Part shown: positions 57,938 through 64,000 of the stretch, one piece after another
How the letters are laid out: each line of letters begins with the position of its first letter
Position numbering within the stretch: the stretch's first letter is position 1
NCBI GenBank assembly: GCA_963774955.1
Contig: CAVZGV010000005.1
Location: forward strand, 30,495-94,494
DNA length: 64,000 bases
Source: Candidatus Falkowbacteria bacterium
GTDB taxonomy: Bacteria; Patescibacteriota; Patescibacteriia; CAIXNZ01
Reading direction: 5' to 3'
Position numbers and translations under genes: made by a program
Notes under the pieces: generated by a model
What the model was told of the DNA's origin: nothing
The model's input: the letters and a program-made list of their open reading frames with translations, nothing else
The model's database searches: none

Positions 57938-59519
57938 CTATTCCAGGTCCTCCTTTTTCTCTTTAAAAAACGCCAGCCACTCTTCTACCCCCTGTAAAAT
58001 AATTTTCAACGGTGCTTCAATCAAAAAATCTAAAATAAAAACAAAAATATTAATTTTGGAAAAATTCAAAGATAAGAATCGGCCCATTCTGACAAAGGGC
58101 AGGGTAAAAAAGTCAAAAATTTCACCCGGAATATTTTCCTTTTTTCTAAGCACGTTCAATTCCCTGGCTGAACGGCGAATACGCACCCCGAAAAAGCTGA
58201 CAATACTGAAAAACACCACAAACAAGAGAATACTTAAGACGCTAAATTTAATATAATTCAAAAAATAAATAATCAGGCCGAAAGGAATAACAAATGATAG
58301 CAAATACAAAAAGTGTAACAGACTCCAGACAAACCAATTACGCTTTTTGGTTTCACGCACATAAACGGTTTCTCCGTCACTGTTCAATATTTCGTTAATG
58401 CCTTTAACCATGGCATTGGTATTTTTCTCACTGGGAGTTCTGATTGTAGCCGCAATCAAAATCATTAAAAACGGGGGAAAAGCGACATTGACCGCCGCGG
58501 CAATCCAGGAAAATGTATGCAGTAGATACATATCAAAAGGAATTTCCACAATCATTGCAATTAACATTTTGGTTAGAAAAACATAAATAATTGCCCGGAA
58601 AATCTGGGTTTTCAAACGTCTTTTGGTCTCACTATATTTGGTCTGACAAACCTCCCTGATTTTGGACTCCAATAATTTTGGATCGTCCGCCAAATTCTCG
58701 GCATTGCGGATGTCCTCATAAATGACATCGCGTAGAATTATAATCATCATGGCATAACGACGGCAGGCCTGCAGCAGCTTATTGGCCAGGCGATGATTAA
58801 TCTGACTGTTAATTGCCTGTTTGATGACAAAAATCTGATCTATAAACTGAGGTAAAAATAAATGGTAATCGTTTTTCCAGTCAGCATACCACAGCTTTAA
58901 AATTAAATATTCCAACATGGGTTTGTCTGACTTGACCAAACTGCGATTCACCGCCAGAAATAATTGCAAACTTTTTTCTTCTTCCGAAAGCTCATTGTGG
59001 CTGACAATTTCAATCCGTGCTTTAACTTCATCAAACATAAAACGTACCAAAGCTTTCATTTTATTGGCCGGTACCAGAGTCTCTTCAAGCTCGCAGGCAG
59101 CTAAATTTACAATCCAGTCATACAAGCCTAAAGCCGACTGAAAGCCTTTTTGGTTTTCTACGCCGGTATAAAGCAGATCGTATTTTTCAATAACTTGGGC
59201 AACTTCAATTATTTTGCTTTCCGGGACTTTATTATTTTCCAGATATCTGGCGGAAATCAATTCCTTAATCACGTTTTCCCCGATTTTATAATAATCACCG
59301 CCTTCCAAAAATCTTCTTTTTAAAATGCGAAAAATTGCGCTTTTGCGTAATAAGTGATCTTCATTATAGTCAACTATGGTCCTGAGCCTCTCATACATAA
59401 AAGCAATGGCGCTGGTCATAATACTGACCTTGATCGGTTTCTTCACCATCCTTTTTGACAATTCTATCCTTGGCTTCAGCACTGTATAAATTGTCTAATA
59501 AATTTGCTAATTTTTGCAT
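57938..59519 (-). CDS. conserved hypothetical membrane protein (+1 frameshift near 59440)
   Basis: 'YERLRTIVDYNEDHLLRKSAIFRILKRR'; true N-terminus MQKLANLLDNLYS lies in another frame from 59519. Confidence 0.7.
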
Positions 59520-59522
59520 AAG

Positions 59523-59585
59523 GTTACTAATCTACAAATTAATTACAAATTACTACAAATTTGTCTTAATTTGTAGCGTATTTGT
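59523..59585. repeat. TACAAAT-based palindromic element, copy 2
   Basis: near-identical to 16910-16984. Confidence 0.75.
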
Positions 59586-59701
59586 CTGCTTATATCTAAT
59601 ACAATCTTAGCAAATTTAGCTAAAAAATAAAAGAGCGCCCTTAAAGCGCGCTCTTTTACTAAAAACCTTCTTACCTCCCTTGCTCTTCTTTCCCTTCAAG
59701 T

Positions 59702-61053
59702 CTAGTATTGTAAAATAGTCTTCATTTTCTTGGTTTCACTGTATTTATGAGAAATTATTTTTTGAATATTATAAGTTCCAAATTTTGGCGCCTCCATAAA
59801 GCCTTCCATGGCTGCTTCAGCAAACCAGCCTGAATCCAGCCAGTCATAAAGCCACTGGTCAGTATAGCGCACATCTTCAGCTGATCAGTACCGGAAGCAA
59901 TAGTTAGCAGCCATTTGCGGTTAAACTCTTCCTGAGAACCAAGAGGCGGAGTCATAATAATCGGCAAACCCAAAGCTGTATAAAAAGATAATTCACTCGG
60001 CTTGGTCCAGAGAATATCAGTCGTTCTCAACATTACATTAAATTTTCTAAAATAATCCTCTTTATTGCTGGCAAATATAATCTTAATATTTTTATCTAAA
60101 CATCCGGCCAGCCCAAATCCTTAATACTATCTTTAAAATAGCTGGCCACCTCGTTACGAATACCTGCAACTAAATTTATTCTAATCTGACCTTTTATTAA
60201 TTTACGCCGTAAACTCTTAACAATGTCTACGCCGTATTCTCGCTGAGCTCCGGCACCACCGACAGCAAAAGTCAGAGTCAAAGGATGATGTGTCTTTTGG
60301 GAAAATTCGCACTGACCAAGCTGCTCGCAGATTGTATCTTTATAGGCATTGATGTATTTTCTTTTGGGATCCAGATTATATAAACGATGCCCCAAGTCTT
60401 ATTTTAAAACTTTCAAATCCGGGCCGCCCAAATTTTCCAGGGGCATGGGAAAGCCGGTTAAAAATATTTTTTCCGGCCTGACACCGTATAATTTCAATCT
60501 CTGTTCGACGCGATAATTTGGCGCAAAATAATTAATGCGGCTTTGGCTGGGATGCATACCAGCCCAGGTTCGGGAAATATCAGTATCTGTGGCCAGACAA
60601 TAAATTTCCTGACTGTAATTAAAATACTCAGCCATATAGGCAATCACAAAAAAAGTAGTGACTAACGGCATTGGTTTTTTTTCTAATTTAGCAATCAAAT
60701 CCTTACCCCAATTTTTATGCTTAATCAGGCGCATAAAATATCTAAGCTGATTATTCGGGCTTGGATAAATCGCGTTTGGGATAAAAATTGGGAATGGCCT
60801 GAAATGTATCAAAAAATTTCCAAACCCAGTCACCGATTACCGGAACTTTTTTAAATCTGGAAATCCATTCATACAATTCCCGGCTCTTGTGCCAGATATC
60901 CCGATCACGTTTTGGTATGCCCGGGTAATTATTTGCATTAATTACCTTCCCCTTGTAGGCAATACCTCTTAGCGGATCAGCTGCGCGCTGATGACCATAA
61001 CCCATATCCACTGCCACCACCCAAGCCTTTTGGTGATTTTTATTCAACTTCAT
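59702..61053 (-). CDS. GT-B fold, MGDG-synthase-like glycosyltransferase (multiple frameshifts)
   Basis: DMGYGHQRAA, ATDTD, TGFP, VGGAG, WTKPSE, GSQEEFN spread over consecutive frames. Confidence 0.65.
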
Positions 61054-61158
61054 ATTTTTATAATTAAATTATGAAATTATACATGTTTACAGTATACCAA
61101 AAATAAGCCCGAATGACGAGCTTATTTGGGGATTATTTTTTTAATTCAAAATAAAGGC

Positions 61159-62223
61159 TTAAACCGATTTTGACGGCTGCTGCTTTTTCCAAGAGAATAA
61201 ATAAAAAACCAAGCCGGCCAATAAAATTAATACCACATACCAATAAGCAATAATCAGGCTAGATAATACTGTAAAGATTAGACCGACTAACATACAAACC
61301 ATAAACAATCCGCTTTTACCAATATTACCCAAAAATGGGATAGCATCAAGTACTAACAATATCGGCCCCAGCAAAGAATAGAGCCCTAAACCGAATAAAA
61401 CCAAGGTTAAAAGTTTAAAAATCCACCAAGTTGTTTTCTCTGATGATTCTAAAGATTGAACTAAAACATCATTGCTGGAATTGGTTATGATAAAAGGATT
61501 GCCGCTGCTGATTTCATTATTGCCAAGACTGCCCACCACAATCAGGTCATCTGCCGGTAATACAGCGCTAACTGTGTCCCTGACCTTTTCTTCTGACATT
61601 GAATACACTTTGTTAAGATTCAATAATTGTTTAGAACCATCTGGTTTGATTGAAATTTTATTGTCTAAGACTAAATCTGCCCAGCGAACATCATCTGTTT
61701 TTACCACCCACTTTGGTCGTTCCACTTCCCTTTCAATTGTTTGTTCAACATCCTGACCATCTCGGGTAATTACCTTGGTTTCAGTTTCGGTTTCTGTGAC
61801 CATTTCTAATTCTTCTCTGACATGATGATAATAAATAACGTCCTGATTGGCTAACGGCGCTTTAATCGGCGCTGAAGTTACCTTGCCTTGGACTTTTACC
61901 AAATCGGCCTGACCTACTGCCTGTTCAACTGTTAATACCGGCAACTCCGCGACCGTGGCAGCTGATTTATTCAAATTTTCAGAATACCAAACAACAATAA
62001 AAGAAGCCAGAATTAAAATGATACCCAGGCCAATTCCGCTAAATCGGCTGGAAATCTGCTTACCGGCATTACGGCCAAAACGCGCTATAGGATTGGAACT
62101 GCCCAAAACTTTCTCCGAGACTACCCTTTCGCTGATTATTCGTTCCTTCATAGGCTGATTCGGATTCGAAACAGTACCCACGCCTTTTGCCTGTGCACCC
62201 TGCAAAGAATTATTTTCAGTCAT
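61159..62223 (-). CDS. TMEM43-like membrane protein
   Basis: N-terminal TM 'GIGLGIILI...WYSE', extracellular beta domain, C-terminal TMs. Confidence 0.55.
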   Translation of the reverse strand: MTENNSLQGAQAKGVGTVSNPNQPMKERIISERVVSEKVLGSSNPIARFGRNAGKQISSRFSGIGLGIILILASFIVVWYSENLNKSAATVAELPVLTVEQAVGQADLVKVQGKVTSAPIKAPLANQDVIYYHHVREELEMVTETETETKVITRDGQDVEQTIEREVERPKWVVKTDDVRWADLVLDNKISIKPDGSKQLLNLNKVYSMSEEKVRDTVSAVLPADDLIVVGSLGNNEISSGNPFIITNSSNDVLVQSLESSEKTTWWIFKLLTLVLFGLGLYSLLGPILLVLDAIPFLGNIGKSGLFMVCMLVGLIFTVLSSLIIAYWYVVLILLAGLVFYLFSWKKQQPSKSV

Positions 62224-62247
62224 AAACTTATATCAATTATTAAAAAT

Positions 62248-62736
62248 TTATATTCGGGATAAAAAAGGCTTAATGCTTTCCAGCGGATAAATTTTACCAG
62301 CCAAATAATCTTTAATCTGCGGCAGGATAGTAACAGTGCGAAGCTTAGCCTTCATCTTTTCCAATTCTTCGTAAGTAAACCATTGAGCATCCAATATTTC
62401 GTCTTGGGGAAAATTTAATTCCAGATTTAACGGTTTAGCGGCAAAAATTATTCTGACCGGATGATTTATTCTATAGCCTTGATCTTTACAACTGGCGTAT
62501 ATACCTAAAAATCCGGTTATTTCAACATCTAAACCTGTTTCTTCTTTAGTTTCCCTTTTGGCGCCGTCTATTAAATCCTCATTCAAATCCAGCCAACCGG
62601 CAGGTATATTCCATTCCCCAATATCAACCTTGCCTTCCTGAACTAAAAGAAATTTACCCTCCTTTTCCAAAATCACTCCCACAACAATATATGGCTGGGT
62701 AAATATTTTATTTGCTATCGGAATAGCTTTACTCAT
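62248..62736 (-). CDS. NUDIX hydrolase
   Basis: 'PAGWLDLNE...AKRETKEETG'. Confidence 0.9.
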   Translation of the reverse strand: MSKAIPIANKIFTQPYIVVGVILEKEGKFLLVQEGKVDIGEWNIPAGWLDLNEDLIDGAKRETKEETGLDVEITGFLGIYASCKDQGYRINHPVRIIFAAKPLNLELNFPQDEILDAQWFTYEELEKMKAKLRTVTILPQIKDYLAGKIYPLESIKPFLSRI

Positions 62737-62804
62737 ATTAGTAGATTATTAGCCAATTCGTCCCGCCGAAGCGGGATGCCGCTCCGCGGCGTAGCTTAGT
62801 AACA

Positions 62805-64000
62805 TTACCAGGTTTTATCAATAATCTGAACATTCCCATTCAAACCTCCATAATGCAAGACCGTATATAAATCTCCGCAATCATTACTGCCGTCAAAATA
62901 AAAACCGACACCGACATGAGTCAGATGATCATGCATAATGGTCTGATAATGAATGCCGTTACTGGCTTCTTCACTCATATAAAAATCAAACAAATCATCC
63001 ATTGAATTCATCACCGACTCATTAATGCCTTGTGAACGGCTGTAACTACCACCGCCGATATTTTCATACAACCAGCCCCAGTCTTCCTTGAAACCGATTT
63101 TAAAATTCTGCCAGACCCATTCGCGGGCAATCATATTGACCGGCAAACGGGTATGAGTCATTTGCACCCTGCTTATACATTTCCTCCGCCCAAACCGAAG
63201 CCGTATCAGTCATTCTCTGATCAGAAACAATGGCTGGTTTACCGCGTTTAGTTCTTTCATAATTAATCCTGTCCAAAATATGCTGATTTACCATTTTATA
63301 ATTAAAACCGCTAGGCACGCTGCCTTTTTGGAAACTGCCGTCGCCTGCCAACAAAGATCCGGAAGAAATAAATCCGGCCGCGCTAAAAGTTTCATTAATT
63401 GTATTATTAACCGGGATGGAAACATCAATCACCGCGGTATCATCATTATTAGTCGAAGCTGCAGCAGGTTTCAGCACCAATTCTGACGCTGCCAGTTTAC
63501 TTAAATCAGCATTGGTAATACCAAGGCCCAAGTAGCGCATTATTTCATATGCTGCTGCCCCGTCTTTCATATAAATGCGGCGACAATTTTTTGGATAAAT
63601 ATAAAAGGCTTCGCCATTGCGCTGAACCTCAATTAATATTTTGCCCTTGAGCTTATTAGCCAAGGAATTAGTCGCACAAACGCTGGAAGAGCCTTTCATC
63701 ATCATAGTATTTTCAACGTCAGGAATTTTATACAGGTCAGCATCAGTAATACCCAGACCAAAAGATCTCATCATTTCATAGGCAATAGCTCCGTCTTTCA
63801 TGTAATAACGCTTGAATGTAACCGGATCAACATACCAGGCTTCACCATTATTTTGCACCTGCAATAAAATATAACCCTTGGTATGAGCTAATGATGTTGA
63901 GCTATATGTTGGATTCGTAACTTGCGTCGTTGTTGGTGTTGTCGTTGTAGTTGGCGTGGTTGTCGTTGTTGGAGTTGAAGTAGTCACAGGTTTCGAAGTT
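62805..64000 (-). CDS. surface protein: Thr-rich linker, two LLQVQxxGEAWYV repeats, C-terminal CAP/SCP domain (frameshift near 63165; 5' end outside window)
   Basis: 'INYERTKRG', 'WAEEM', 'YENIG', 'HYQTIM...HVGVG' CAP motifs. Confidence 0.75.

Noticed and set aside
59702-63987. Split glycosyltransferase and CAP genes as real multi-gene or phase-variable loci
   Set aside because: Motifs continue across frames without long slippery repeats; same error pattern as groEL. The kinase split near 46790 is treated likewise, pending reads.

Overview
A low-GC bacterial chromosome segment (code 11), most consistent with Patescibacteria/CPR of ABY1 type. That assignment is an inference from SD-less core genes, the LLQVQxxGEAWYV repeat CAP protein and CPR-style palindromic repeats. 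Core genes include groES/groEL, nusA, yidC, hisS, uppS, polX, ddl, tRNA-Leu/Val/His and a pheA-tyrA-aminotransferase operon. They are interleaved with many accessory genes that carry their own sigma70 promoter, a boxA-like motif, a strong SD and a terminator. Several genes are broken by single-base insertions that look like sequencing errors. Main discoveries not properly shown by the ORF track: (1) a His-codon leader-peptide attenuator controlling an uncharacterised PRTase-fold gene, one of three paralogues clustered with SLOG/HAD/kinase genes beside hisS and a tRNA-His lacking an encoded G-1; (2) a 32-aa graspetide RiPP precursor next to its ATP-grasp ligase and an MFS exporter; (3) an Ile-codon attenuator on citramalate synthase; (4) an AT-rich ornithine decarboxylase/arginine dihydrolase/7TM-sensor cassette joined to a histidine kinase core, with a divergent GNAT; (5) a RAYT transposase with its REPs next to two cassette-like units with shared flanking hairpins. 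All family calls are from motif recognition only; no database search was run.
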